NCBI GenBank assembly: GCA_945872825.1
Contig: CAMCBD010000004.1
Location: forward strand, 3,596-67,595
DNA from: Nitrosomonas ureae
GTDB taxonomy: Bacteria > Pseudomonadota > Gammaproteobacteria > Burkholderiales > Nitrosomonadaceae
DNA length: 64,000 nucleotides
Reading direction: 5' to 3'
A program made the translations under genes and the position numbers. Below, piece after piece: positions 20,234 through 30,294 of this stretch; within the stretch, counting starts at the first letter, position 1; the number at the start of each line of letters is the position of its first letter. A model generated the notes under the pieces. That model saw nothing but the letters and a program-made list of their open reading frames with translations. It did not search any database and had not been told where the DNA came from.

Positions 20234-21263
20234 GACGAATTCCATAAAAAACAAAGATACATCTGGCGATTATAGCGTAAAGCCACTTCCGCTAGTACGC
20301 AACGAACCGGCGCACAGCATCATTGATTTAACGATTCCTGCGGATTATGCAGGACTGCGCCTCGATCAAGCTTTGGCGAAGCTTTTACCCAACTGGTCAC
20401 GCAGCCGCTTGCAAACTTGGATTACTGAAAATCGAGTCACGCTGGATGGTCAAGTCACCACGATAAAACAGAAAGTATGGGGCAATGAGCATATTCAGGT
20501 CTCTCCTAAAGATATGTCCGCTGAATCAACGTATGTGGCTGAAGACATCGATCTGAACATCATTCACGAAGATGAAGTAATCATTATTATCAACAAACCG
20601 GCCGGTTTGGTCACTCACCCGGGAAATGGCAACTGGCAAGGTACTTTGTTAAATGCCTTACTACATCACGCGCCGCAACTGGATAACGTACCCCGTGCCG
20701 GCATAGTTCATCGCCTGGACAAAAACACCAGCGGTTTACTGGTCGTTGCAAAAACACTAGAAGCACAGACGAACCTTGTACGCCAATTACAGCAACATAC
20801 GGTAAAACGCGATTATCTGGCGTTGGTTCTGGGGGAGGTTATGCAAGCTGGCAGTGTCGATGCGCCGATAGGCCGTCATCCAATACATCGCACGAAAATG
20901 GCCGTTACAACAAACGGCAAGTCAGCACGCACGCACTATCAGGTTATCGAAAACTTTACGGGCTGCACATTACTGCAATGTAGCCTTGAAACAGGGCGTA
21001 CACATCAAATCCGGGTGCATTTGAGTTCTATTGGACATTCATTGGCCGGTGATCCTGTTTATGGCGGAAAACCTGGAAAAACAGGGCAAGCAATCGGACA
21101 GTTATTGATTAGCTTTCCCAGGCAAGCCCTACATGCTCAAAAACTGGCATTGGCCCACCCGCAAACGGAACAAATCCTCGAATGGGAAGCCGATGCGCCA
21201 AAAGACCTGAATAATTTATTGCAGCTATTGCGGCAACACAGCAGATCAGAGATTACGGAATAA
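20232..21263 (+). CDS. rluD: 23S rRNA pseudouridine synthase D
   Basis: S4 domain RLDQAL, GIVHRLDKNTSG, LETGRTHQIRVH. Confidence 0.95.
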   Translation: MTNSIKNKDTSGDYSVKPLPLVRNEPAHSIIDLTIPADYAGLRLDQALAKLLPNWSRSRLQTWITENRVTLDGQVTTIKQKVWGNEHIQVSPKDMSAESTYVAEDIDLNIIHEDEVIIIINKPAGLVTHPGNGNWQGTLLNALLHHAPQLDNVPRAGIVHRLDKNTSGLLVVAKTLEAQTNLVRQLQQHTVKRDYLALVLGEVMQAGSVDAPIGRHPIHRTKMAVTTNGKSARTHYQVIENFTGCTLLQCSLETGRTHQIRVHLSSIGHSLAGDPVYGGKPGKTGQAIGQLLISFPRQALHAQKLALAHPQTEQILEWEADAPKDLNNLLQLLRQHSRSEITE

Positions 21264-21290
21264 AAAAATGCGCCCGCAGGCGCATTTTTT
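21262..21290. terminator. bidirectional intrinsic terminator
   Basis: AAAAAAATGCGCC-CGCA-GGCGCATTTTTT between convergent rluD and porin genes. Confidence 0.85.
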
Positions 21291-21327
21291 CATGTTTCAC
21301 AAGTAAATTCATAGACTGGTAAAAAAC

Positions 21328-22701
21328 TTAGAAAGGCAGTATCGCATCCAGTGAAAATAAAATTTGATCCTTATTACCGCCAAATGGCCGATATGCAGCG
21401 GCATGAAGCGCATCAACTCTGTCATAGCGAATATTGGGGCGGATATTCAGATTTTTTAATCCCTGCCAGCCAAGTTTTAATGTTCTAGCTGCTTTCCAGT
21501 TTGCGCCCAAGGTAACTGCATAATAATCCGCAGGGGTGCCGGTCGCAAGTGAGCTTGCACCACCCAGAGCGTAGCTATTTCCAAGGTGATTCGTCGCTGC
21601 ACTTACCCGTCCTGGCGAGAAAACACGGAAACCATCTCTGTCACGGAACCATTCACCGCGAACACCGATTGATAGATCCGGTGTCAGATCATAATACGCA
21701 TGTGAGTTAATACCATACCATTCAGCATTCGTCACCCCTTTAGCTGTCAACACACCATCAGCGAAACCATGGTCATGTTGCAAGATAAAATGGGTCTTTT
21801 CTGTAAACTTATGTTTCAGCACGATGCTATACATACCCCAGAAATTATTGCTGCGTGTGGAAGCTGTACTACCGGTACCTGCAATATTAAGTGAGCTTTG
21901 TTTATCATCACTGGTCCAGGTAACACCGCCAATCCCGCCCCAATTTCCCATCTGCCTATCAAAATTACCATCCCAGCCACCGGTTCCACTACCACCGATT
22001 GCACCAGCCATCGCGGTAAAATTCTTATTAACCGTATAGTTACTCAATACACCGGTATGGGTAAAAGGCTCACCGTATTGCATCGTGTAAGCATGGGTAT
22101 AGAAGAAATTATTAGGTGCAGGAACCGTTTCATAGCCAATCGGCGTATAAAAATGACCCGCCTTCACATTGAGCCCATTGCCAACCGGCACATAAACTTC
22201 TGCAAAAGCTTGTGGAATTGCGATACCGTATGTGCGACTGGAGTTACAGCATATTCCAAGATCCCAGTTACCCCGATCAGGCAAAGCCCTGCCAGTATTA
22301 GGATCAAATGCTGGGTTACCATAGGCTTGGGTAAAGATAGCATCGGTACCAAACATGAAATCAGCACGAAAACCGACATCCCAGCCTTTGCCTTGTGTTT
22401 TTACAGCACGCTCCATAAAAAGGTTCAACTGATTCAGTTGAGCTCTATTCGCTTGATCAGCAAAAGTAACCGGACCGTTAAAACCATCAGTCTGACTTGG
22501 ATTGAAAGTCGCGCCGCCATTCACCCAGCCGCCAAACTTAACGCCGCTATTTTTAAGCAAATTCATAAAACTGTTGCCGCTACTATCTTTGTTATTCGTG
22601 ACAGCTTGTGCATAAACACTCGACGAACTCATACCGATCAGCAGCAACCCCCCAGCCACAGCGTGAAACATTTGTTTCTTGTATAGCGATTGATATTCCA
22701 T
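21328..22701 (-). CDS. outer membrane beta-barrel porin (BBP2/DUF1597-like)
   Basis: signal peptide, GHFYTPIGYE, EPFTHTG, C-terminal Phe. Confidence 0.8.
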   Translation of the reverse strand: MEYQSLYKKQMFHAVAGGLLLIGMSSSSVYAQAVTNNKDSSGNSFMNLLKNSGVKFGGWVNGGATFNPSQTDGFNGPVTFADQANRAQLNQLNLFMERAVKTQGKGWDVGFRADFMFGTDAIFTQAYGNPAFDPNTGRALPDRGNWDLGICCNSSRTYGIAIPQAFAEVYVPVGNGLNVKAGHFYTPIGYETVPAPNNFFYTHAYTMQYGEPFTHTGVLSNYTVNKNFTAMAGAIGGSGTGGWDGNFDRQMGNWGGIGGVTWTSDDKQSSLNIAGTGSTASTRSNNFWGMYSIVLKHKFTEKTHFILQHDHGFADGVLTAKGVTNAEWYGINSHAYYDLTPDLSIGVRGEWFRDRDGFRVFSPGRVSAATNHLGNSYALGGASSLATGTPADYYAVTLGANWKAARTLKLGWQGLKNLNIRPNIRYDRVDALHAAAYRPFGGNKDQILFSLDAILPF

Positions 22702-23147
22702 TACTCTCCCCTCTCTGAATTTAAATAAGACAATGAAAAAGATACAAAAACTAAACACCACAAAAGACCCTAGCCACCACGTGGAAAGAACTCTAACACT
22801 GAATCGCTTAAGGGGTCAACGTGAACAAGCGAGTTAATCGACTTATCATTAAAAAATACAACACAAATAGTAGTTTTATTATCATTACGTTCAGTTCGTC
22901 TTAGAAAATTAGCAAATATCTGCAATAGAAATTGTCATTACCAGCTAAAAGATGCAATAGCTAACCCACCTTCTACCGGTGTATTCATCCCTGAACGCTT
23001 TCTCCTACCACGATTAAAGTTTTAAATCGCTCAAACCGTTAAAAAGACAGTCCTGTGCTAACTGCCAAATATTGGCTTGCAGCCTATGAGCGCTACTGAC
23101 TCATTCGATAACTAAATACTCATCTTTCACTCTAAAAATAATCGATT

Positions 23148-24017
23148 ATGAATTTGATACCGATACAAACTACCGATCTGACAATTGGTCAGCCATTGCC
23201 ATGGGATTTATTCGATCAGGCGCATCAGCCGATACAAAAACGCGGTTATATCTTCAGCACAGAGGATGAATTAAAACAGCTAGAAGGATCGTCGATATTT
23301 CGCATACAAAAACCCGAACCGGAGCAGACTCAGTCAGGTGGCAATAAGATTAGATTTGATGATATGCAACTCAAAGTGGGACATAAGCTACAGCTTAAAC
23401 TATCCTCGCGATCAAAAGTCCCAGTCGAGATAAAATATAATTCCTACGTAACATCCTTGATTGGTTATGTGCAAGACAGCACTGTCATCACTGCCATGCC
23501 CGCAACTGATCAGTTAATAGGAGAGCCCTTCGTTGAAGGCGATCAAGTTCAAGTAAGCCTATTCAGCGGAAATTCAGTATTCAATTTTATAGTCTTTGTC
23601 GACAAGGTTATTAAAGTACCGTTTAAGTATTTGCACTTGTCCTTCCCCAAGGAAATCCAAGGTCAAAGCATTCGAAAATCACGAAGGATCAGATGCAGTC
23701 TTCAAGGGTCTGTCGTTGAAAAACATATCCCAGTATCCCTCATAGATCTCAGTGTATGTGGTGCAGGGATTAGTTCAAACCTCCCTTTGGGACCACTTGG
23801 AACAATAGTTACCTTGACTTTTGCCATCACAATTCTTGACAAAGAAATACCCGTAACAGTTAAAAGCGCTATTAGATCTGCCAAACCAATCAATAAGAAC
23901 GGACAGAAAACAATCTCCTCTGGGGTTGAATTTATCGACATAAAATCAGAACATATGCAGACAATACATCACCTGATTTATCAAGAAATCGTCGAGCATC
24001 CTGAGAATGTAATGTAA
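23148..24017 (+). CDS. flagellar-brake-like PilZ domain protein
   Basis: RKSRR and DLSVCG PilZ c-di-GMP motifs after a YcgR-like N-terminal region. Confidence 0.8.
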   Translation: MNLIPIQTTDLTIGQPLPWDLFDQAHQPIQKRGYIFSTEDELKQLEGSSIFRIQKPEPEQTQSGGNKIRFDDMQLKVGHKLQLKLSSRSKVPVEIKYNSYVTSLIGYVQDSTVITAMPATDQLIGEPFVEGDQVQVSLFSGNSVFNFIVFVDKVIKVPFKYLHLSFPKEIQGQSIRKSRRIRCSLQGSVVEKHIPVSLIDLSVCGAGISSNLPLGPLGTIVTLTFAITILDKEIPVTVKSAIRSAKPINKNGQKTISSGVEFIDIKSEHMQTIHHLIYQEIVEHPENVM

Positions 24018-24048
24018 TTTAATTACAAAATCTCACCGGCAAATCCGC

Positions 24049-24717
24049 CTACCAGAAACCCCAATTACCTGTCGATACAATCCATATGCCCAGTATCGCG
24101 TTGGTAATTGCATGGGCAAGAATCGGTGACCATAGCGTTCCGCTGCGCATATACAACAAGTTATAAACAATACCGGCAAATAAACCAGCCAGCCACAGAC
24201 TGTGTGCCAGCGCAAAAAGTACAGCCGTGATACAAAATGCTTTTAATCCGACGTGCGCCGGACTAACCGAAAGAAAGTTTGGATGATCTATCCAGCGCAT
24301 CAGAAATGACCGCCAGAAAAGCTCTTCCATCACTGGAACTATGAATGCCGCACCGATCAGCCTCACCACAACAAGAAACCAATCAATCTCATCCTGATCG
24401 CTCGGATCAAAGCCAACGGATTCTCCCATCACCATCCAGTCTGCTGTCAAGTTAATCCAAGCGATGAATACAACGATACCAGCAACTATTGCAACAGCCC
24501 AGGAGGTACGAAAGCTTGCGCCAATTGGCCAGCGCAATTCACTATAGGCACTTCTCATCGCCCACAGCAAACCGGCCACGACAGTTATTTTCACCACATA
24601 AAGCAGGCGCAAATCATTAGCCTCCCAGCCAAACTTCAACAGCATATCTTCCAACAGCATGAAGAAGACATACGCGCCAAATGGCGCTATACGATATAAA
24701 TTAACACGATCAAACAT
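24049..24717 (-). CDS. CAAX prenyl protease-related protein (Abi/CPBP; PEP-CTERM-associated type)
   Basis: PVMEELFWR, LFALAH, AHAITN motifs; multiple TM segments. Confidence 0.85.
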   Translation of the reverse strand: MFDRVNLYRIAPFGAYVFFMLLEDMLLKFGWEANDLRLLYVVKITVVAGLLWAMRSAYSELRWPIGASFRTSWAVAIVAGIVVFIAWINLTADWMVMGESVGFDPSDQDEIDWFLVVVRLIGAAFIVPVMEELFWRSFLMRWIDHPNFLSVSPAHVGLKAFCITAVLFALAHSLWLAGLFAGIVYNLLYMRSGTLWSPILAHAITNAILGIWIVSTGNWGFW

Positions 24718-24890
24718 AACAAATTCCTTCTGAATTTTTCTTTTAATTGTGGTGTTATTGTCAAAATTAGCAGTACGCTAATTCATACCGCTCCGGCTAG
24801 TCTATAAAAAGAGATTGAAAATTTAAGCACTAAAAAAACACATACCACAGATTCATCGTTGGATCATGGATAACTGCCATTTATAATGCT

Positions 24891-26048
24891 TCAAAATTCC
24901 AGCGGTAACTCTCTCTGGCGAAGTACTTCGGCTCCCTGCCTGGATTCAACCGGAGAAAGTGTACTGACTTTTATACCGAGCAATCTAATTTTCTTCTTCA
25001 ATGGTATTCTTCGCAAACATTCTCCTGCTGTGCGACGTATCAAAACAGGGTCCGCAGTATGGGCAGTCAGCGAGCAGTCTCGTGTGAGCGTATGGAAATC
25101 CTCAAACCGCAGTTTGATGCTGATGGTACGTCCCGCATAGCCTTTATGCTGTAGATCATCGGCTACTTGTGTGCACAATGCTGTGAATGCTTCTGATAAA
25201 TCATGACGATCCTGACGCGGATGCAGATCCCGCTCAAAAGTAGTCTCCCGGCTGATGGATTTAGGTTCAGCATCGGTAATCACCGGGCGCTGATCGATTC
25301 CATGAGAAGCTTCATATAACCAGATCGAATAGCTGCGCCCAAAGTATATCCGGAGAAAACTCAATTCAGCTTGCGCCAACTCGGCAATAGTGGTGATACC
25401 CAGTAACGCAAGTTTCTTGGCAGCCTTAGGGCCTATACCGTTGATTTTACTGACCGGCAGCGGCCAAATCCGGTCAGGAATGTTGGACATCCCGAGAATA
25501 GTCAATCCATCGGGCTTCTCGAGATCTGAACAAATTTTTGACAGTAATTTGTTCGGTGTGATGCCGATAGAACAGGAAAGTCCGGTAGACTCTTTCACTG
25601 CCTGCTTAATGCGCTGTCCCAACGGCAAGGTATCATCCGGTAGATCGCTGAGATCAATGTAGATTTCATCAATACCGGAGTCTTCAATCTGCGGTGCGAT
25701 ACCGGCAACTGCAGCCTTAAACAGACTCGAATAATGACGGTAAATGGCGAAATCAACGGGTAGAAGAATAGCGTCCGGCGCAAGCTGTGCTGCTTTCATG
25801 ACCCCCATGGCGGAATGAACACCCATTGCACGCGCTTCATACGTAGCGGTCGTAATGACCCCGCGACCGGCATAGTCGCGCAACCGGAAAAAATGCTTAC
25901 TGCCATCCGCCCGCATCACCGGCTGGTGCTCGTCCCGCCCACCGATCACAACCGGCAAACCGCACAATTCAGGATAACGCAGTAACTCCACGGAGGCATA
26001 AAAAGCATCCATATCCAGATGAGCGATACGACGTTGCGGCGCATTCAT
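24891..26048 (-). CDS. dinB: DNA polymerase IV
   Basis: HLDMDAFYASVE, TATYEAR, SIGITPNKLLSKI, KSISRETTF. Confidence 0.93.
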   Translation of the reverse strand: MNAPQRRIAHLDMDAFYASVELLRYPELCGLPVVIGGRDEHQPVMRADGSKHFFRLRDYAGRGVITTATYEARAMGVHSAMGVMKAAQLAPDAILLPVDFAIYRHYSSLFKAAVAGIAPQIEDSGIDEIYIDLSDLPDDTLPLGQRIKQAVKESTGLSCSIGITPNKLLSKICSDLEKPDGLTILGMSNIPDRIWPLPVSKINGIGPKAAKKLALLGITTIAELAQAELSFLRIYFGRSYSIWLYEASHGIDQRPVITDAEPKSISRETTFERDLHPRQDRHDLSEAFTALCTQVADDLQHKGYAGRTISIKLRFEDFHTLTRDCSLTAHTADPVLIRRTAGECLRRIPLKKKIRLLGIKVSTLSPVESRQGAEVLRQRELPLEF

Positions 26049-26104
26049 TATTCACACAATTTCAGAAAAGGACTGTGATAAATTACACTGTCAAATAAAC
26101 CGCA

Positions 26105-26521
26105 TTGTATATGAATACTCAAGCTGCCAATCTGAGAACACCGCACTGTCCATGCGGCAATCCCAAGCAATACAGCGATTGCTGCGGCCGCTATCTGGAT
26201 CAGGGTGAAGTAGCTGCCACCGCAGAACACCTGATGCGCTCACGTTACACGGCCTATACGCTGAATCGTGAAGACTATCTGCTGGCAACTTGGCACCCCA
26301 ACACACGTCCCGCTGCACTCGGACTGGCAAATCAACCGCGCAACCAATGGTTGGGCCTCACCGTGAAACGCCACGAACAATCCGCTCCGGATCGCGCCAT
26401 TGTTGAATTTGTCGCACGTTACAAAATCAATGGGCGTGCGTACCGGTTACATGAAATCAGCCGGTTCGACTTTCAGAAAGGATTGTGGTTTTATGTCGAT
26501 GGCGATATTCTGCAAGATTGA
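26105..26521 (+). CDS. YchJ family SEC-C motif protein
   Basis: CPCG...CC, LMRSRYTAY, HEISRF, WFYVDG. Confidence 0.9.
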   Translation: MYMNTQAANLRTPHCPCGNPKQYSDCCGRYLDQGEVAATAEHLMRSRYTAYTLNREDYLLATWHPNTRPAALGLANQPRNQWLGLTVKRHEQSAPDRAIVEFVARYKINGRAYRLHEISRFDFQKGLWFYVDGDILQD

Positions 26522-26551
26522 AGTAAGTAACGTGGCGCTAAGCATTATCCG

Positions 26552-27814
26552 TCAGCGATACAGTGGCATAACGGCAATGCGTCTTTCGATCTCGTCCATC
26601 ATGCGTTTATAAGCGGGCGAATCGATACCGCCAAAGCGTTTCTTAAATTCGGTTTCAGGCATGAATTCAGGCAGATCCACGACTTTAGGCAAAATATCTG
26701 AATCGCGGATACCTGCGGCAACCAAACGTTGCAATCTCAGCGCAGATTCGTTGTTGCTGACTGCAAGTACGCCAAAGCGCGTACCGGCACGGTCAACAGC
26801 AATGTCGTTGAAGCTGAATCCACTGCCACTGCGCGAATCATCAACTTCTTTGTAAAGTCCGATGGCATCGGAGAGCGGTGCGGCGGCATTGGCGGCGATC
26901 GCTGCGGATATAGCAAAGTGCTGCGAAAAATCCTCACGTCCGGCCAGCAACACCGGGCGTGGCCGTGGTTGCGGCCAGTCTCGCGCGGCAGGCACAATGG
27001 CTCCGAGTCCCTTACCATTCACAAAGAACGCCAGCACCACGATTGCAGCACGATTTTCCGCCACAGCATCACCGCTCGTGGAACGCTCGGCTGCCAATCT
27101 GAACAGTGGCGCTATCACATCTGCAAGCGTCATCTCGGCCGTAGCTGAGGCGCTGCGGATGTTCTCGGCAAGTCGCTCCTGATAAGCCTTCAATCGCGCC
27201 TGTTCTTCGTGCGGCAGCAGGATACTCCTGATCCGATCCGGCAGATCTGCCTGCCAGTCATAGGTTACGATGAACCGGCCATCCGCAACACTGATTTTCT
27301 TAATGGTGTCACTCGCAATTCGGTAATCTTCACGCGTATTGAGTTGTTGTAGTACGTATTCGAGCAGCATATCCGCAAGCCACTCCGGAACCGATAACTG
27401 CCCGATCTGCAGTTGATCGAAGACTGGAAGCCCATCGCTTTCATGCAGCAATGCCGAGATGTTCAGAAATCGCCCAAAGGGATTGGACGGAAGTTCAAAG
27501 CTCGCAGAGAGCATCACCTTGCCCGGCTGTAGCACGATGCGAGAACTGCCTCGTGCGTAGCGGCTGGCAAGATAGTTGACGGCCAGGTCGACTTCTTCCT
27601 GCGAAAGTGTAAGCATACGCAGCACGCCTGGCTTCATCGTGCGCGGATCATTTGTTTTAATGATGTGCTTAGCGCGCTCGATATGCACCGGCGTGAATTC
27701 TGCAACACGGTTGACCGTCGGCTGATCTGCCATCACCCAATAAAGGATACCGGCAAGCACAAATGGGACTGCGATCAGCAACAACAGGAATGTATAGGCA
27801 ATGTATCTTATCAA
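26552..27814 (-). CDS. conserved hypothetical membrane-anchored protein
   Basis: N-terminal TM; QHFAISA...KEVDD...GSGFSFND motif. Confidence 0.7.
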   Translation of the reverse strand: MIRYIAYTFLLLLIAVPFVLAGILYWVMADQPTVNRVAEFTPVHIERAKHIIKTNDPRTMKPGVLRMLTLSQEEVDLAVNYLASRYARGSSRIVLQPGKVMLSASFELPSNPFGRFLNISALLHESDGLPVFDQLQIGQLSVPEWLADMLLEYVLQQLNTREDYRIASDTIKKISVADGRFIVTYDWQADLPDRIRSILLPHEEQARLKAYQERLAENIRSASATAEMTLADVIAPLFRLAAERSTSGDAVAENRAAIVVLAFFVNGKGLGAIVPAARDWPQPRPRPVLLAGREDFSQHFAISAAIAANAAAPLSDAIGLYKEVDDSRSGSGFSFNDIAVDRAGTRFGVLAVSNNESALRLQRLVAAGIRDSDILPKVVDLPEFMPETEFKKRFGGIDSPAYKRMMDEIERRIAVMPLYR

Positions 27815-27897
27815 TTCAGATCCTCAGAGATTGATTGAATCTTGAGTAGCCCAGTCAGCAATAGGAATTTAATCGCAATGATGGTGACAATTAATTC

Positions 27898-28446
27898 TCA
27901 TAACGCTTTGTAACGAATCTCCACCACTTCCAGCTCTGCCAAGCCGCCCGGCGTGTGCAGCCTCACCGTATCCCCCTCACGCGCTTTGAGCAGCGCCTTA
28001 GCCAATGGGGAAATCCAACTGATACGTCCGCGACCGGGATCTACCTCGTCCAGGCCGACGATACTGTAGGTATTTTCCTCGCCTTGCGCATTGCAGACGG
28101 TCACGGTGGCGCCGAAGAACACCTGATCGCATTCACCGCGCTGGCCAGGGTCGACCACTTCAGCGTTTTCCAGACGTTTGGATAAGAAACGCAGACGGCG
28201 GTCAATTTCACGCAAACGCCTTTTGCCATAAATATAATCGCCATTTTCCGAACGATCACCATTGGAAGCCGCCCAAGTAATAGTTTTAACTAACTCGGGG
28301 CGCTCCACTTTCCATAACTGATCGAATTCGTCTTTCAATCGCTGATGTCCAGCCGGGGTGATATAGTTCTTCAGGCCTTGCGGTAATTTCGGCGTGCCGT
28401 CAAGCTCGTCGTCGTCTTCGCTTTCCTTGGTAAATGCTTTACTCAT
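27898..28446 (-). CDS. greB: transcription elongation factor GreB
   Basis: WAASNGDRSENGDYIYGKRRLREIDRR, ISWISPLAKALL. Confidence 0.95.
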   Translation of the reverse strand: MSKAFTKESEDDDELDGTPKLPQGLKNYITPAGHQRLKDEFDQLWKVERPELVKTITWAASNGDRSENGDYIYGKRRLREIDRRLRFLSKRLENAEVVDPGQRGECDQVFFGATVTVCNAQGEENTYSIVGLDEVDPGRGRISWISPLAKALLKAREGDTVRLHTPGGLAELEVVEIRYKAL

Positions 28447-28608
28447 GCTAATAGGTCTTCATTAGAAACACACAGAGCGTTAAGATAGCGGTCTTCAGCC
28501 ATCTATTCAAGACAACTTGTCATACTTAAGTACATATTCTGCGATATTGTGAAGAAACCTTGCGCCTGTAAGGAATCTAATGAGCATATTAATCAGGAGA
28601 TCATTTTC

Positions 28609-29925
28609 ATGTCAATGAACCGGCGCCAATTTCTGAGCATGTCCGGCACAACAGCCTTAATGGCTGCATGCTCACCACAAGCATTCACGGCGCAATCGCT
28701 AGTGCAGCGTCCGCAACAAAACGTTTCCGCCACACTGAAAGCGATGCAGCATCTCGCGCAACAAAGAAACCGGTTGCTCGGCTATCCAATTAATATGACC
28801 ACCCCGCCGGAAGCGTTTTTTGCCTGGCGTAATGAACTCGCGACCGCGGGTTTCAACCAATTTTCTTTCAATAATGTCGGCAACCCCTACGACCATAGCC
28901 ATATCCCATTTAACTGCCATCCGTTTGAGAAAGAATTGATCGATCGTTTTGGTGCGGTGTATGGCTTCGGATTGGATAACATTTGGGGATTCCTCACCAA
29001 CAGTGGCACCGACAGCAATATGCATGGACTGTATATGGGTCGCACGATCCTGAAAAGCCATACCGGTGTAATGCCGAAAATCTATTTTACCCACGAAGCG
29101 CATTACTCGATTCAGATTTTGCGCGACTTATTGCGTCTCGATTGGGTGGTAGTCGGCACTCGACCTGATGGCAGCATGGATGCCAATGACTTAGAACGTC
29201 AACTGAATGCCAACCCCAACCACCCTGCCTTGGTGGTCGCAACCATTGGCACCACCTTCAAAGGCGCAATAGACCCTATTGACGCCATCCAGTCTAAGCT
29301 AAAAGGACGCACCGCCTACCTTCACTTGGATGCCGCATTATTCGGTGGCTATTTGCCGCATACCGCGTTTGCCGGCGATTTACTGCATAACATCATTGAT
29401 CCAATTTACAAAGCGAAACTGCAACGCTACGACTCCATCGCCGTTTCTTGCCACAAATTTTTTGGCTTCCCCTCGCCCGCCGGATTGTTCATCACCACGC
29501 GAACGAATTTTGAATCGTTCCGCGCCGAATTCAGCCAAATTCATGACCCGGAATACCTCCAGCAGGTACCGGGCACGATTACCTGCTCGCGCGATGCGGT
29601 CAAACCGGCCGAGTTTTATTTCTTCAGCTCGAAATCCGCCTTCGCGAGACAGGCAGTTGACGCCAAAGCAATGCTGGATAATACCGGTTATTTACTGAAG
29701 GAAATGAACAATCACTATAGCTACCTGCGGCCAGTGCGCGCCAATGATCGCTCCAATACGGTTTATTTCATCACACCGAATAAAACCGTGGTCGATCATT
29801 ACTCGTTAGCAACCATGCAACTCGACATTGACGGAGAACGGACGCCATGCGCACACATCGTGGTCATGCCGCATGCCAAGAAAGAAATTCTTGATCAATT
29901 TCTCACCGATCTGCGCAAAACCTGA
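28609..29925 (+). CDS. group II PLP-dependent decarboxylase (histidine/serine decarboxylase clade) with Tat/lipoprotein signal
   Basis: GFLTNSGTDSN, HYSI, TIGTTFKGAID, HLDAALFG, SCHKFFG (PLP lysine); N-terminus MSMNRRQFL...LMAAC; AGGAG RBS. Confidence 0.85.
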   Translation: MSMNRRQFLSMSGTTALMAACSPQAFTAQSLVQRPQQNVSATLKAMQHLAQQRNRLLGYPINMTTPPEAFFAWRNELATAGFNQFSFNNVGNPYDHSHIPFNCHPFEKELIDRFGAVYGFGLDNIWGFLTNSGTDSNMHGLYMGRTILKSHTGVMPKIYFTHEAHYSIQILRDLLRLDWVVVGTRPDGSMDANDLERQLNANPNHPALVVATIGTTFKGAIDPIDAIQSKLKGRTAYLHLDAALFGGYLPHTAFAGDLLHNIIDPIYKAKLQRYDSIAVSCHKFFGFPSPAGLFITTRTNFESFRAEFSQIHDPEYLQQVPGTITCSRDAVKPAEFYFFSSKSAFARQAVDAKAMLDNTGYLLKEMNNHYSYLRPVRANDRSNTVYFITPNKTVVDHYSLATMQLDIDGERTPCAHIVVMPHAKKEILDQFLTDLRKT

Positions 29926-29931
29926 CGATTA

Positions 29932-30264
29932 TCAGTGCGCAACGGTACGGGAAAAAACATTAATCACCAAAACGCCAGAGACAATCAGAGTCAGACCAAT
30001 CACGGCAGGTGTATCCAGTGACTGCTCGAGAAAAAGCCAACCACTCAGCGCGATCAATACGATACCAACACCGGACCAGATTGCATACGCTACGCCGACC
30101 GGAATGGTTTTAAGCGTCAAGGAAAGTAAATAAAAAGCCAGCAAATAGCCGACAACAACCACCAGCGATGGCCAGAAGCGGGTAAATCCCTCGGCCGCTT
30201 TCAGGCATGAAGTGGCAATCACTTCGCTGACAATCGCAATAGAAAGAAAAATCCATTGTTGCAT
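29932..30264 (-). CDS. SMR family multidrug/cation efflux transporter (EmrE/QacE-like)
   Basis: AIVSEVIATSCLK (conserved Glu), GVAYAIWSGVG, four TM helices. Confidence 0.92.
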   Translation of the reverse strand: MQQWIFLSIAIVSEVIATSCLKAAEGFTRFWPSLVVVVGYLLAFYLLSLTLKTIPVGVAYAIWSGVGIVLIALSGWLFLEQSLDTPAVIGLTLIVSGVLVINVFSRTVAH

Positions 30265-30294
30265 TGTAATAACTCCAGTGTTTTAGCTAACGGG

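Noticed and set aside
21898-22686. Long antisense ORFs (also 11495-12037, 32313-33026, 63339-63911)
   Set aside because: They are shadows of well-supported genes on the opposite strand and have no motifs of their own.
26073-26088. SOS box upstream of dinB (CTGT-N8-ACAC)
   Set aside because: It has one mismatch in a core position, and the LexA motif of this lineage may differ; not supportable without a genome-wide scan.
29932-30264. SMR pump as an integron-borne qac cassette or as the partner exporter of the decarboxylase
   Set aside because: No attC flanks it and it is convergent with, not co-transcribed with, the decarboxylase; adjacency alone is insufficient.
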